This document shows positions 16,819 to 26,964 of a stretch of 64,000 nt of DNA, piece after piece; the first letter of the stretch is position 1, and every line of letters begins with the position of its first letter. The stretch comes from Bacteroidota bacterium (GTDB taxonomy: Bacteria > Bacteroidota > Bacteroidia > AKYH767-A > OLB10). The DNA is taken from positions 663-64,662 of the forward strand of contig JBJOND010000003.1 of NCBI GenBank assembly GCA_046052065.1, given 5' to 3'. A program made the position numbers and the translations under genes. Below the pieces are notes generated by a model. That model did no database searches, was not told the origin of the DNA, and was given only the letters and a program-made list of their open reading frames with translations.

Positions 16819-17686
16819 ATTCTTCTCCGAGGAAAGATTTTAAATGCAGAGAGTTATTTCGTATTCTTAATTTTTTAAGTGCTTTCTCTTTAATCTGTCG
16901 CACACGCTCTCTCGATAAATCATATTTTTCTCCTATCTCTTCTAAGGTATAGGCTTCGTCTGATTCTAATCCGAAAAACAAAGAAATAACATCTTTTTCT
17001 TTTTCATCTAATACATTCAGTGATCGTTCAATTTCTTTTTTCAATGCTTGATTCATCATCATAGTATCCGCCTGAACGACTTCATTATTTTGAATAACAT
17101 CTAGTAATGAATTGTCTTCTCCATTTAGTAATGGTGCGTCCACACTGACTTGTCGTGTTGAGATTCTGAATGCATCAGAGATTTTATCAACGGTCAATTC
17201 AGTGATAGCAGCCAGTTCTTCTAAGGATGGTTCACGTTCGAACTCTTGTTCGAGTTTTGTAAATGCTTTGTTAATCTTAGTAAGTGAGCCTAATTGATTT
17301 ACTGGAAGTCTTACAATTCGGGAATTTTCTGAAATAGAATGCATGATGCTTTGACGAATCCACCATACTGCATAGGAAATGAATTTAAATCCTCTTGTTT
17401 CATCAAATCGTTGGGCTGCTTTGATGAGACCTACGTTTCCTTCGTTGATTAAATCGGGTAGGGTCAGACCTTGATTCTGATATTGCTTTGCTACTGAAAC
17501 AACAAATCGCAAATTAGCTCTTGTTAATCGATCTAAAGCAACCTCATCACCTTCGCGAATTTTCTTTGCTAATAATATTTCTTCATCTGAAGAAATCATT
17601 TCCTCCTTCGCGATATCAGCTAAATATTTCTCAAGAGAGGCACTGTCTCTGTTGGTAATCGATTTTGTGATTTTCAGTTGTCTCAT
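16817..17686 (-). CDS. rpoD: RpoD-family (group 1-like) sigma-70 factor, paralog 1
   Basis: Regions 1.2-4.2 are present. [34 protein letters not shown] and [17 protein letters not shown]. Which of the two paralogs is the primary sigma is unresolved. Confidence 0.85.
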   Translation of the reverse strand: MRQLKITKSITNRDSASLEKYLADIAKEEMISSDEEILLAKKIREGDEVALDRLTRANLRFVVSVAKQYQNQGLTLPDLINEGNVGLIKAAQRFDETRGFKFISYAVWWIRQSIMHSISENSRIVRLPVNQLGSLTKINKAFTKLEQEFEREPSLEELAAITELTVDKISDAFRISTRQVSVDAPLLNGEDNSLLDVIQNNEVVQADTMMMNQALKKEIERSLNVLDEKEKDVISLFFGLESDEAYTLEEIGEKYDLSRERVRQIKEKALKKLRIRNNSLHLKSFLGEE

Positions 17687-17780
17687 GGTCGATGTTTTTT
17701 TAAAAACTGAAAATTGCTGGCTCTGTGAATCGGTATTGTAAAGGACCGATATAACAAATTTAAACTAATTTCTAACAAAT

Positions 17781-17806
17781 AAAAAAGCGGAAGAAAATTC
17801 TTCCGC
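17781..17806 (-). terminator. Rho-independent terminator of htrA
   Basis: On the minus strand: gcggaaga-attt-tcttccgc followed by T6. Confidence 0.75.
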
Positions 17807-17840
17807 CCTTTTAACCAACAAACCTAAAATGAAGACTAAA

Positions 17841-19283
17841 CTATAATCCAAATCCGTAATATGCTTTCATGCCATTCTCATAAACTCCTTCAATTAAAAC
17901 ACCCCCTTTTTTATCCTTCAGATAATTCATTACGTCTGATGTAGATTTCATAGGTGTATTATCAATCGAGGTAATTATAAATCCTTGACGAACACCCGAA
18001 ATTTTTAATTTTCCAGACTGCAGTTCTTTTATTTTTACTCCTGAATCAATTCCTAATTTTGCTAACTCATCATCACTTGCATTTTCTAATGTTGCTCCTA
18101 AAGCATTACCAATTTCGTTTTTAACCATTAATGTATTACCATCTTTATTCTTTAGTACAACATCAATTACTTTTTCCACATCATTTCTCAATACGGTAAC
18201 ACTTATTTTATCACCTGGTCTAAATCGACCAACTTGTTCTTGTAAAGCAGGTGCTGTTTTAATCACTACACCATTAATTTTTGTGATAACATCGCCAATT
18301 TTAATTCCTGCATTTTGTGCCGAGCCACCATCTGTTAATCCGTCAACATAAACACCATCTAGTTTTTTAATCGACTTTTCCTTTGCGAAATCAGCATCGA
18401 TATCTTTAATACTTACACCAATAAATCCTCTTTGTACCTTCCCGAATTCTAATAAATCATCAACTACTTTTTTTACAATTGTTACAGGTATAGCAAACGA
18501 ATAACCTGAATAAGATCCAGTGTTCGATGCAATGGCAGCGTTAATTCCAACGAGTTCACCTTTTGTATTAACCAAAGCTCCACCACTGTTACCTGGATTC
18601 ACTGCAGCATCTGTTTGTATGAAAGATTCAATAGGGAATTTTTGATTAGGTAGAATGTTGATATTCCTGGCTTTTGCACTGACAATTCCTGCAGTAACGG
18701 TTGACGTTAGATTAAAAGGATTACCCACTGCTAAAACCCATTCTCCCACTTTAACATTATCAGAATTACCATAAGCAGCATAATTTAATCCTTTCTCATT
18801 GATCTTTAAAAGCGCTAAGTCGGTAGAAGGGTCCGTGCCTATTATTTCTGCTTTATATGTTCTTTTATCATCGAGCGTTACTTCTACTTGATTTGCATTT
18901 TCAACTACGTGGTTATTGGTAACTATATAACCATCATCAGACAATATAACTCCCGAACCAGTGGACTGTTGCTGCTGTTGTTGTTGTGGCATTGGCTGTC
19001 CCCAGAAGAATTGAAATGGATCAAATGCCTGAAAATTATTTTGGTTTTGGTAAGTTGTTTTTACGTGTACTACCGTTGATACTGTATGTTCCGCCGCCAC
19101 TGTGAAATCGAGATTCCCCGGAATAGTTGCTTCGTAATTGACCGATTTAATTGGTGGTTGTACATGTTGTCTTTTTACAAATAGTGAACTGCCATTCGTT
19201 GAAGTACTTAAAATACTTGCACCTGCAATACTGCCTGCGGCTGCCACTATAAATACAATCGCATAGTTTTTAAAAGATTTCAT
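17841..19283 (-). CDS. htrA: HtrA/DegQ family periplasmic serine protease with two PDZ domains
   Basis: Catalytic triad context TNNHV, DLALLK and GNSGGALVN. Signal anchor. Two PDZ-like C-terminal segments. A Q7 run is present. Confidence 0.9.
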   Translation of the reverse strand: MKSFKNYAIVFIVAAAGSIAGASILSTSTNGSSLFVKRQHVQPPIKSVNYEATIPGNLDFTVAAEHTVSTVVHVKTTYQNQNNFQAFDPFQFFWGQPMPQQQQQQQSTGSGVILSDDGYIVTNNHVVENANQVEVTLDDKRTYKAEIIGTDPSTDLALLKINEKGLNYAAYGNSDNVKVGEWVLAVGNPFNLTSTVTAGIVSAKARNINILPNQKFPIESFIQTDAAVNPGNSGGALVNTKGELVGINAAIASNTGSYSGYSFAIPVTIVKKVVDDLLEFGKVQRGFIGVSIKDIDADFAKEKSIKKLDGVYVDGLTDGGSAQNAGIKIGDVITKINGVVIKTAPALQEQVGRFRPGDKISVTVLRNDVEKVIDVVLKNKDGNTLMVKNEIGNALGATLENASDDELAKLGIDSGVKIKELQSGKLKISGVRQGFIITSIDNTPMKSTSDVMNYLKDKKGGVLIEGVYENGMKAYYGFGL

Positions 19284-19443
19284 AGCTATATTCTGTTTTG
19301 TTTGGAGGTATAACGAAATTTTTGAGCAAAATTATATTTCAATTTCTTTTGATTTCTAACTTTAACAATCGTTTAACAAGGCCAGTTTTTTTGATTAATT
19401 TAGCCAATGAAATCGGAGTGTTCGTTTTAAATAAGTTTATAGC

Positions 19444-20223
19444 ATGCAATTAAAATTTTATAAATATCAAGGTACAGGTAACGACTTTGTTATAATAAAT
19501 AATTTTCAAGGATTAGTTGATTTATCCAAAGAGCAAAGAGCAAATATCTGTGACCGTAAGTTTGGTGTTGGTGCTGATGGATTGATGTTATTGGAAAAGT
19601 CGAATAAGTACGATTTTGAAATGAAGTATTATAATGCTGATGGTAAACTAGGATCAATGTGCGGTAATGGCGGACGATGTATAGTTAAGTTTGCACAGGA
19701 TATTGATTTGATTGGTGAACATGCTATGTTTCTAGCATATGATGGAGTGCATGAAGCAAGTCTTGATAACAACGGAATCGTTTTTCTTGAAATGAACGAT
19801 GTGAATAATCTTATTAAAATTGATAGTACTTCTTGCGAATTAAATACAGGTTCTCCTCATTTTGTATCCTTTGTAAAAGATGTTTTAGCTATGGATGTTT
19901 TTAAATCGGGAAGAGAAATACGTTACAACGATAAGTACGCTAATGATGGAATTAATGTGAATTTCGTAAGTGTTAATGGTGAACAATTGAGCATTCGTAC
20001 CTATGAGCGAGGAGTGGAAAATGAAACATTGAGTTGTGGTACAGGGGTTACAGCAGCGGCGATTGCAGCATATCATTTAGGACTAATTAAATCCACATCA
20101 GTAAATGTTAGTGCTGTGGGTGGCGAACTTTCAGTTTCATTTGAGTGTGCTGATAATCACTTTACGAATGTTGTTTTAGCTGGACCCGCAACTAAATCTT
20201 TTGAAGGAACAATAGAACTATGA
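19444..20223 (+). CDS. dapF: Diaminopimelate epimerase
   Basis: Catalytic cysteine motifs SMCGNGGRC and LSCGTGV; 259 aa. Confidence 0.9.
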   Translation: MQLKFYKYQGTGNDFVIINNFQGLVDLSKEQRANICDRKFGVGADGLMLLEKSNKYDFEMKYYNADGKLGSMCGNGGRCIVKFAQDIDLIGEHAMFLAYDGVHEASLDNNGIVFLEMNDVNNLIKIDSTSCELNTGSPHFVSFVKDVLAMDVFKSGREIRYNDKYANDGINVNFVSVNGEQLSIRTYERGVENETLSCGTGVTAAAIAAYHLGLIKSTSVNVSAVGGELSVSFECADNHFTNVVLAGPATKSFEGTIEL

Positions 20224-20762
20224 TAAGAGGAACATCTGTTTTGTTACGCGCTATGGAACCATCGGATGTCGATCTGATGATGATTTATGAAAATGATCCA
20301 GAGAACTGGGCGGTTAGTGGTACCGTTAGTCCGTATAGCCGTTATACAATTGAGCAGTTTTATGAGAATGCCACCCAAGATATTTTTACTTCAAAGCAAT
20401 TGCGTTTGGCAATAGAAATGACTTCTGAGTCAGAACGTCATCGAGGTAAAACAATTGGTTTTGTCGATTTGTTCGAGTTTGATCCGTTGAACAGAAAAGC
20501 TGGAATTGGAATTCTGATTGGTGATTACGAAGAACGTAGAAAAGGATATGCTCGTGAGGCCTTAGATTTACTTATCCAGTATGCATTTAACACACTTAAC
20601 ATACATCAGATCTATTGTCATATTGAATTGTCGAATGTAGCAAGTATTAGATTGTTTGAGCGAACAGGCTTTGAAAAATGTGGTGTACTAAAAGATTGGG
20701 TAATGAATAACAGTCGTTGGCACGATGTAGTGATGATGCAAAATATTTCATCAACCATATAA
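20220..20762 (+). CDS. GNAT family N-acetyltransferase (RimJ/RimL-like)
   Basis: RRKGYAREALDLLIQYAF acetyl-CoA binding motif. Overlaps dapF by 4 nt. Confidence 0.75.
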   Translation: MIRGTSVLLRAMEPSDVDLMMIYENDPENWAVSGTVSPYSRYTIEQFYENATQDIFTSKQLRLAIEMTSESERHRGKTIGFVDLFEFDPLNRKAGIGILIGDYEERRKGYAREALDLLIQYAFNTLNIHQIYCHIELSNVASIRLFERTGFEKCGVLKDWVMNNSRWHDVVMMQNISSTI

Positions 20763-20766
20763 AACT

Positions 20767-22794
20767 ATGCGCAGAATACAATTTATTAAGTTAGGATTCA
20801 CTGTTCTTGTAGCAGGGGCTTGCTTATTCAATTGGTTTTGTTCATCAGAAAAAAAGATTGAAGATCCCTATAAAAGAACAACCTATGCTAATCTTTCTGA
20901 TACTGTAAAGTATGTTGGTATGGAAACTTGTAAAGGATGTCATACAGGCATACATGCAACGTTTATTCATACAGGAATGGGTTTGTCGTTTGATGCAGCA
21001 ACTAAGCAAAAATCATCCGCTGATTTTTCAAATCATCCTGTCGTACACGATCAATATAAAAATTTATCATACACGCCTTTCTGGGAAAATGATTCTCTTT
21101 ATTTTTTAGAATATCGATTAGAAGGAGCAGATACGGTTTATCAGCGCAAAGAAAAAATCAAATACATTGTAGGATCTGGTCAACATACTAATTCACATAT
21201 ATGGGAATCGAATGGTTATTTGTATCAGGCTCCTATGACTTTTTATACGCAAAAGAAAAAGTGGGATTTGCCTCCTGGATTTGAAGATGGCAATAATACA
21301 CGCTTTAATCGTATTATCGGATTAGAATGCATGAGTTGTCACAATGGTTATCCAACGTTTGAAGAAGGTTCCGAAAACCAATATTCATTTGTGAAAAACG
21401 GTATCGATTGCGAACGTTGTCACGGGCCAGGCAGTTTACATGTGCGTGAAAAAAGTTCTGGAATTTTAATTGACACATCAAACGCTATCGATTATTCAAT
21501 CGTTAATCCTTCTAAGCTTCCAATCGATTTACAATTTGATGTTTGTCAGCGATGCCATGTGCAAGGCAATACAGTGTTGAATGAGGGAAAATCATTTTTT
21601 GATTTTAAGCCCGGTATGAAGTTGTCGTCTGTAATGAATTTGTATATGCCCATTTATGAGGGCAACGCTTCAGCACATATTATGGCTAGTCATGCAGAGC
21701 GATTAAAACAAAGCAAGTGTTTTATCGAAACGATGAAGAAGGTAGATGCACAAGGCAATTCTGCTAATCTGGCTTTAAAGCCTTACAAGAACGCACTTAC
21801 TTGTATTACTTGCCATAATCCGCATGTAAGCGTAAAGCAAACCAATAAAGATGTTTTCAATGCAACTTGTCGTTCTTGTCATGGAGAAAGTAAAAAGCCT
21901 GATTGTTCATTGTCGCTTGATAAACGTAAAGTTAAAAACAACGACTGTGTGAGTTGTCATATGCCTTTTAATGGTGCAACGGATATCCCTCACGTTAGTG
22001 TTCATGATCATCGTATTGCTGTTCCTTTAGAAAATAAGGAGATTGAGAGCATTAAAAAGTTTATTGGTATTACAGCTATCAATAATCCTAATCCTCCACG
22101 TGAATCAAAAGCACAGGCTTATATTAACTATTTTGAAAAATTCGGAATGGGTCCGTCCATGCTTGATTCTGCCTTGGTTTATTTAAAAGAGAATGGAAAG
22201 ATTGATATCAATAAAAATATCACAAAGCTGATTCATATTTACTATTTGAAAAAAGACTACGCAACAGTTATTAAATATGTTGATCAGGTAAAATCATTAA
22301 AGGATAAGTTGAAAATAAAGCAGTATGATAATTACTATGCATGGACAGCCTACCGAGTAGGGGAGTGTTATCAGCAAATAGGAAATAATACGAGTGCTAA
22401 GCAATATTTTGAGTTGGCTTACGAGCAGGCTCCTTTAATTCCCGACTTTGCCAATAAATATGCAAGTGCACTCGCATCAAGCGGAGATTATTCAAATGCT
22501 CGTAAAATATATTTGACGGTAATAAAACAGCAACCGAAGTATGCACCAGCTTATTGTAATTTAGGCTACTTAGTTTTAATAGCCGATAAGAATACCGCAA
22601 TGGCAATGAGTTATTATGACAAAGCGTTGGTATTGGATCCTGACTATGAAGCAGCTTTGTCAAATAAAGCGGCCTTGCTCGCGTTTACAGGTGATAAACA
22701 AAACGCAGTTAAAATACTCAACCGACTATTAAAACGAAATCCTTCAAATGTTCAAGCAAAAGAACTTTTGAAATCGTTAAATACAATTCAATAA
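20767..22794 (+). CDS. Multihaem c-type cytochrome (7 CxxCH) fused to C-terminal TPR repeats
   Basis: The motifs are CKGCH, CMSCH, CERCH, CQRCH, CITCH, CRSCH and CVSCH. It has an N-terminal signal anchor. The C-terminal roughly 200 aa have TPR-like periodicity (AYCNLGYL.., YYDKALVLDPDYEAAL). Confidence 0.8.
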   Translation: MRRIQFIKLGFTVLVAGACLFNWFCSSEKKIEDPYKRTTYANLSDTVKYVGMETCKGCHTGIHATFIHTGMGLSFDAATKQKSSADFSNHPVVHDQYKNLSYTPFWENDSLYFLEYRLEGADTVYQRKEKIKYIVGSGQHTNSHIWESNGYLYQAPMTFYTQKKKWDLPPGFEDGNNTRFNRIIGLECMSCHNGYPTFEEGSENQYSFVKNGIDCERCHGPGSLHVREKSSGILIDTSNAIDYSIVNPSKLPIDLQFDVCQRCHVQGNTVLNEGKSFFDFKPGMKLSSVMNLYMPIYEGNASAHIMASHAERLKQSKCFIETMKKVDAQGNSANLALKPYKNALTCITCHNPHVSVKQTNKDVFNATCRSCHGESKKPDCSLSLDKRKVKNNDCVSCHMPFNGATDIPHVSVHDHRIAVPLENKEIESIKKFIGITAINNPNPPRESKAQAYINYFEKFGMGPSMLDSALVYLKENGKIDINKNITKLIHIYYLKKDYATVIKYVDQVKSLKDKLKIKQYDNYYAWTAYRVGECYQQIGNNTSAKQYFELAYEQAPLIPDFANKYASALASSGDYSNARKIYLTVIKQQPKYAPAYCNLGYLVLIADKNTAMAMSYYDKALVLDPDYEAALSNKAALLAFTGDKQNAVKILNRLLKRNPSNVQAKELLKSLNTIQ

Positions 22795-22796
22795 TC

Positions 22797-23849
22797 ATGT
22801 CGACAAAATCGTTTAATTATAAAAAGTACTTTGTAATAATTATTATGATGGTAACACTGGGTACTTCTTTTTTAGGCATCATAGCTTATCTCAAATTTCT
22901 TTCGCCAGTAGTTAGGAATATAGATATTAATGATCCCTTTGTTTACATTCCAACAGGTGCTGATTTTACAGATGTAGCTGCAATATTGAAAAAGAAAAAA
23001 TTGATTGATAATGTAAATGATTTTTCATGGTTGGCTAAACAAATGAAATACGTTAATAACATCAAGCCAGGCAAGTATAAATTACATAATGGAATGAGCA
23101 ATAAAGAAATTATTCAATTGCTCCGAGCAGGTCGACAAGAGCCAGTTAAATTGTCGATTAATAATATTCGTAAACTCGATGGATTAGCATTACTAATTTC
23201 TTCAAAATTAGAGGCGGATTCAAATTCTGTAGTTGAGTTGTTTAATGATTCTAATTATTTAAGTCAACATGGATTTAATACTTACAATGCCATTGGTGTA
23301 ATAATTCCCAATACCTATGAGTTTTATTGGAATACAAGTGCTGAAGAGTTTTTTGAAAGGATGTTGAAGGAGTATAAAAATTTCTGGACAGATAACAGAT
23401 TAAAGATGGCGAGAGATTTAGGATTAGATCCAAAACAAGTTTCAGTAGTTGCATCCATAGTAGAAAAAGAAACACGTCAAAATGATGAAAAACCTATTCT
23501 TGCAGGTATATATTTAAACCGATTAGCGCAAGGATGGAAGCTCGAGGCTGACCCAACATTGGTTTATGCTGCGAACGATTTTACCATCAAACGTGTTTTA
23601 AATGTTCATAAGCAAATTAATTCGCCCTATAATACCTATTTGAATTTTGGTTTACCTCCAGGTCCAATTTGTACTCCTTCAATTGAGTCTATTGATGCAG
23701 TATTAAACAGAAAAGAAAGTAATTATATGTTCTTTTGTGCGCGAGAAGATTTTTCAGGATACCATAATTATGCTTCTACCTATAGTGAACATTTGCGTAA
23801 TGCACGAACGTTTCAAGCCGCTCTTAATCGCAGAGGAATCAAAAAGTAG
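22797..23849 (+). CDS. mltG: Endolytic murein transglycosylase MltG (YceG family)
   Basis: N-terminal TM anchor, ASIVEKET catalytic region, and SPYNTY..GLPPGPI motif. Confidence 0.85.
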   Translation: MSTKSFNYKKYFVIIIMMVTLGTSFLGIIAYLKFLSPVVRNIDINDPFVYIPTGADFTDVAAILKKKKLIDNVNDFSWLAKQMKYVNNIKPGKYKLHNGMSNKEIIQLLRAGRQEPVKLSINNIRKLDGLALLISSKLEADSNSVVELFNDSNYLSQHGFNTYNAIGVIIPNTYEFYWNTSAEEFFERMLKEYKNFWTDNRLKMARDLGLDPKQVSVVASIVEKETRQNDEKPILAGIYLNRLAQGWKLEADPTLVYAANDFTIKRVLNVHKQINSPYNTYLNFGLPPGPICTPSIESIDAVLNRKESNYMFFCAREDFSGYHNYASTYSEHLRNARTFQAALNRRGIKK

Positions 23850-23887
23850 GAGCTGTTTACATGCTGAATATTTTTTAACTTTACAGC

Positions 23888-25093
23888 ATGAAAATTGGCA
23901 TCATCAGAGAAGGAAAAATACCTCACGACAAGCGCGTTCCATTCACACCCGTACAATGTAAATTTCTTTTAGAAACCTATTCTGATTTACAAATTGCTGT
24001 TCAGCCTTGCCCTTATAGATGTTATACCGATGATGAATACAAAATGCAAGGAGTTACTTTGCAGGACAATTTATCGGATTGTGATATTTTGATGGGTGTT
24101 AAAGAAGTGCCTGTTGAGAATTTAATTCCCAATAAAAAGTATCTGTTTTTTTCACATACCATAAAAAAGCAACCTTACAATAAAAAGCTTTTACAAGCTG
24201 TTCTAAAAAATAACATTCAACTTATCGATTATGAATGTTTAGTTGATGAAAATTTTAATCGTGTAATTGGTTTTGGAAGGTATGCCGGTATAGTTGGTGC
24301 CTACAATGGTATCATGGGCTACGGACTTAAATACGGCATGTTTGATTTGAAGCCAGCTCATCTTTGTCATGATAAAAAAGAGTTGTTTCATGAGCTTGAA
24401 AAGGCTAATCTTCCGAATATAAAAATAGTAGTAACCGGTGGTGGGCGTGTTGCTAATGGAGCATTAGAAACATTAGGTGCGCTTGAAATTAGAAAGGTAA
24501 CACCTTACGAGTTTTTGAATTATACGTTTAGAGAACCTGTGTACGTTCAAATTCATAGTAAGGATTTTCATGCCTTAAAGAATGGAGCAGGGTGGAGCAG
24601 TGCTGAGTTTTACAATCAACCGGAATTATTTAATTCTACTTTTTCTACACCAGGGTCCTATGCAGATAATTGTGATTTGTTAATTCATTGTACGTATTGG
24701 AATCCGAAAGCGCCTGTTTTATTTACAAAGGAACAAATGAAAGGGCCTATGTTCAAGGTTAGTGTTATTGCAGATGTTACATGTGATATTGACGGAAGTA
24801 TTCCTTCAACAACGCATCCTTCAACAATTGAGAATAAATTTTACGGATATAATCCGCATACGGAGAAAGAAGACGAAGCTTTCGCACCTTCTACGATTAC
24901 AGTTATGGCGGTAGATAATTTACCTTGTGAATTACCTCGTGATGCTTCAGAAGGTTTTGGAAAAGATCTGATGGAAAAAGTAATTCCTTCGTTGATAGGT
25001 AATGATAACGGACTTATCGAACGCGGAACAATTACAATTGAAGGAAAACTAACTTCTCGTTTCGAATATTTAGCTGATTACGCAGCGAACTAA
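23888..25093 (+). CDS. AlaDH/PNT-fold NAD(P)-dependent oxidoreductase (saccharopine dehydrogenase / lysine-ketoglutarate reductase-like)
   Basis: MKIGIIREGKIPHDKRVPFTP start and VVTGGGRVANGA dinucleotide-binding motif. Confidence 0.55.
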   Translation: MKIGIIREGKIPHDKRVPFTPVQCKFLLETYSDLQIAVQPCPYRCYTDDEYKMQGVTLQDNLSDCDILMGVKEVPVENLIPNKKYLFFSHTIKKQPYNKKLLQAVLKNNIQLIDYECLVDENFNRVIGFGRYAGIVGAYNGIMGYGLKYGMFDLKPAHLCHDKKELFHELEKANLPNIKIVVTGGGRVANGALETLGALEIRKVTPYEFLNYTFREPVYVQIHSKDFHALKNGAGWSSAEFYNQPELFNSTFSTPGSYADNCDLLIHCTYWNPKAPVLFTKEQMKGPMFKVSVIADVTCDIDGSIPSTTHPSTIENKFYGYNPHTEKEDEAFAPSTITVMAVDNLPCELPRDASEGFGKDLMEKVIPSLIGNDNGLIERGTITIEGKLTSRFEYLADYAAN

Positions 25094-25746
25094 GCAGTAA
25101 TAGTCTTTAGTTGAGTAATTGCTTCAGTCGGATTTGAATGACCGAATACGGTGTTGCCAGCCACTAAAACATCAGCACCACACTCAACCAATTTACGGGC
25201 ATTATTAAAATCAACTCCGCCATCAATCTCAATGAGTGTTGTAGCGTTATTTTGAATAATCAGATTTTTCAGTGCTTCAACTTTTGCATAGGTTTGTTCA
25301 ATAAACTTTTGTCCACCAAAGCCTGGGTTTACCGACATGATACAAACTAAGTCGATGTCTTTAATTACATCAGAAAGTAAAGAGATATTCGTATGAGGAT
25401 TGATTGCAACACCCGCCTTAACGTTTAGTGCTTTTATTGCTTGAAGGCTACGATGTAAATGCGTACATGCTTCATAATGAACAGAAATTACAGCTGCACC
25501 TGCATCTGCAAAGGACTTCAAGTATTGATCAGGATTAACAATCATCAAATGCACATCCAAAGGTTTTTGAGCATGCTTTTGTATTGACTTTAGTACAGGA
25601 AATCCGAAGGAAATATTTGGTACAAAAACACCATCCATAATATCGATATGAAACCAATCGGCAGCGCTATTATTTACCATGTTTGTATCTCTTTCAAGAT
25701 TTCCAAAGTCGGCTGAAAGCATGGAAGGAGCGATTAGTGCAGGCAT
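25090..25746 (-). CDS. rpe: Ribulose-phosphate 3-epimerase
   Basis: PSMLSADF, HIDIMDG and MSVNPGFGGQKF motifs. Confidence 0.92.
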   Translation of the reverse strand: MPALIAPSMLSADFGNLERDTNMVNNSAADWFHIDIMDGVFVPNISFGFPVLKSIQKHAQKPLDVHLMIVNPDQYLKSFADAGAAVISVHYEACTHLHRSLQAIKALNVKAGVAINPHTNISLLSDVIKDIDLVCIMSVNPGFGGQKFIEQTYAKVEALKNLIIQNNATTLIEIDGGVDFNNARKLVECGADVLVAGNTVFGHSNPTEAITQLKTITA

Positions 25747-25785
25747 ATCAAATATTTTTTGCTAAACTACAAAACATTTTCTTTT

Positions 25786-25816
25786 AAAAAGACAACCCCG
25801 CATCTGTAGTGCGGGG
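25786..25816 (-). terminator. Rho-independent terminator after sigma factor paralog 2
   Basis: On the minus strand: ccccgca-ctacaga-tgcgggg followed by ttgtcttttt. Confidence 0.7.
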
Positions 25817-25849
25817 CTGACTAAAACTAAACCTAAAAACCAATATTTT

Positions 25850-26713
25850 TTATCCGAGATATGTTTTTAAAATCTTACTTCTTGAAGTATGTTTTAATCT
25901 GCGGATTGCTTTTTCTTTTATTTGTCGTACTCGTTCGCGAGTTAATTCGAATCTTTCTCCTATTTCTTCCAACGTTAAGGCAGAATCAGCAAGTCCAAAG
26001 TACAAGCGAATTACATCCGCTTCACGTGGTGTTAAGGTAACCAAGGCGCGTTCGATTTCTCTTTTTAAAGATTCATTAATTAAATTGTTTTCTGGAGAGG
26101 GTGCTCCCTCATCACCTGGCATTACGTCCATTAATGTTCCATCCTCACCTGTAATCAATGGTGCGTCCATTGAAATATGTCGGCCTGATGAACGCATAGT
26201 ATCTGTTACATCAGCAACTGTAATGTTCAAGATTATAGACAATTCCTCGTTTGTGGGTTCTCTTTCGAACTCTTGTTCTAATTGAGAGAACGCACGATTG
26301 ATTTTATTAATGAATCCTATTTTATTTAAAGGCAAACGAACTATTCTTGCTTGTTCAGCTAAGGCTTGTAAAATACTTTGACGAATCCACCATACAGCAT
26401 AGGAGATAAATTTGAATCCTCTTGTTTCATCAAAGCGTTGTGCAGCCTTTATTAAACCAAGGTTACCTTCGTTGATTAGATCACCTAATGTTAATCCCTG
26501 GTTTTGATATTGCTTTGCAACAGAAACCACGAAACGTAGATTTGCCTTTGTTAAACGTTCTAAAGCTAATCGGTCGCCTTCACGAATTCTTCGTGCTAAT
26601 TCCACTTCATCTTCAGCTCGTAGTAATTCTACTTTGCCGATTTCCTGAAGGTATTTATCAAGCGAAGCTGTTTCGCGATTGGTTACTTGTTTCGTAATTT
26701 TTAGCTGTCTCAT
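25850..26713 (-). CDS. rpoD: RpoD-family (group 1-like) sigma-70 factor, paralog 2
   Basis: 287 aa, roughly 65% identical by eye to 16817-17686. Identical over [19 protein letters not shown] and [22 protein letters not shown]. Confidence 0.85.
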   Translation of the reverse strand: MRQLKITKQVTNRETASLDKYLQEIGKVELLRAEDEVELARRIREGDRLALERLTKANLRFVVSVAKQYQNQGLTLGDLINEGNLGLIKAAQRFDETRGFKFISYAVWWIRQSILQALAEQARIVRLPLNKIGFINKINRAFSQLEQEFEREPTNEELSIILNITVADVTDTMRSSGRHISMDAPLITGEDGTLMDVMPGDEGAPSPENNLINESLKREIERALVTLTPREADVIRLYFGLADSALTLEEIGERFELTRERVRQIKEKAIRRLKHTSRSKILKTYLG

Positions 26714-26884
26714 TGTATTTCAAATTTGACAACCTTAACGACAGCACGGTTAAATGGTTGCAAAAAATGAAATAGCTATTTGTAAGGAAAAGCGGGTTTG
26801 TTGTTCATTTTATGCTAAATGCAATAGTGTTTTTGATACCTAAGGTATTATTCATTACAGGTAATTTTCAAATGTTGAAGGCAC

Positions 26885-26909
26885 AAAAAAAGTCCCGCAA
26901 TGCGGGACT
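26885..26909 (-). terminator. Rho-independent terminator of pnp
   Basis: agtcccgc-aat-gcgggact with a T6 run on the minus strand. Confidence 0.75.
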
Positions 26910-26964
26910 TTCAGAGGTAAAACCAATTTAAATGGTTCTATCTGGATGTTAAATTTTGAACAAA

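Noticed and set aside
18960-18990. Gln7 run (CAA/CAG repeat) in htrA as a variable repeat
   Set aside because: It is a short low-complexity linker after the signal anchor, with no sign of instability visible in a single sequence.
23737-23961. 74-aa ORF bridging the end of mltG and the start of the AlaDH/PNT gene
   Set aside because: It overlaps two well-supported genes out of frame.
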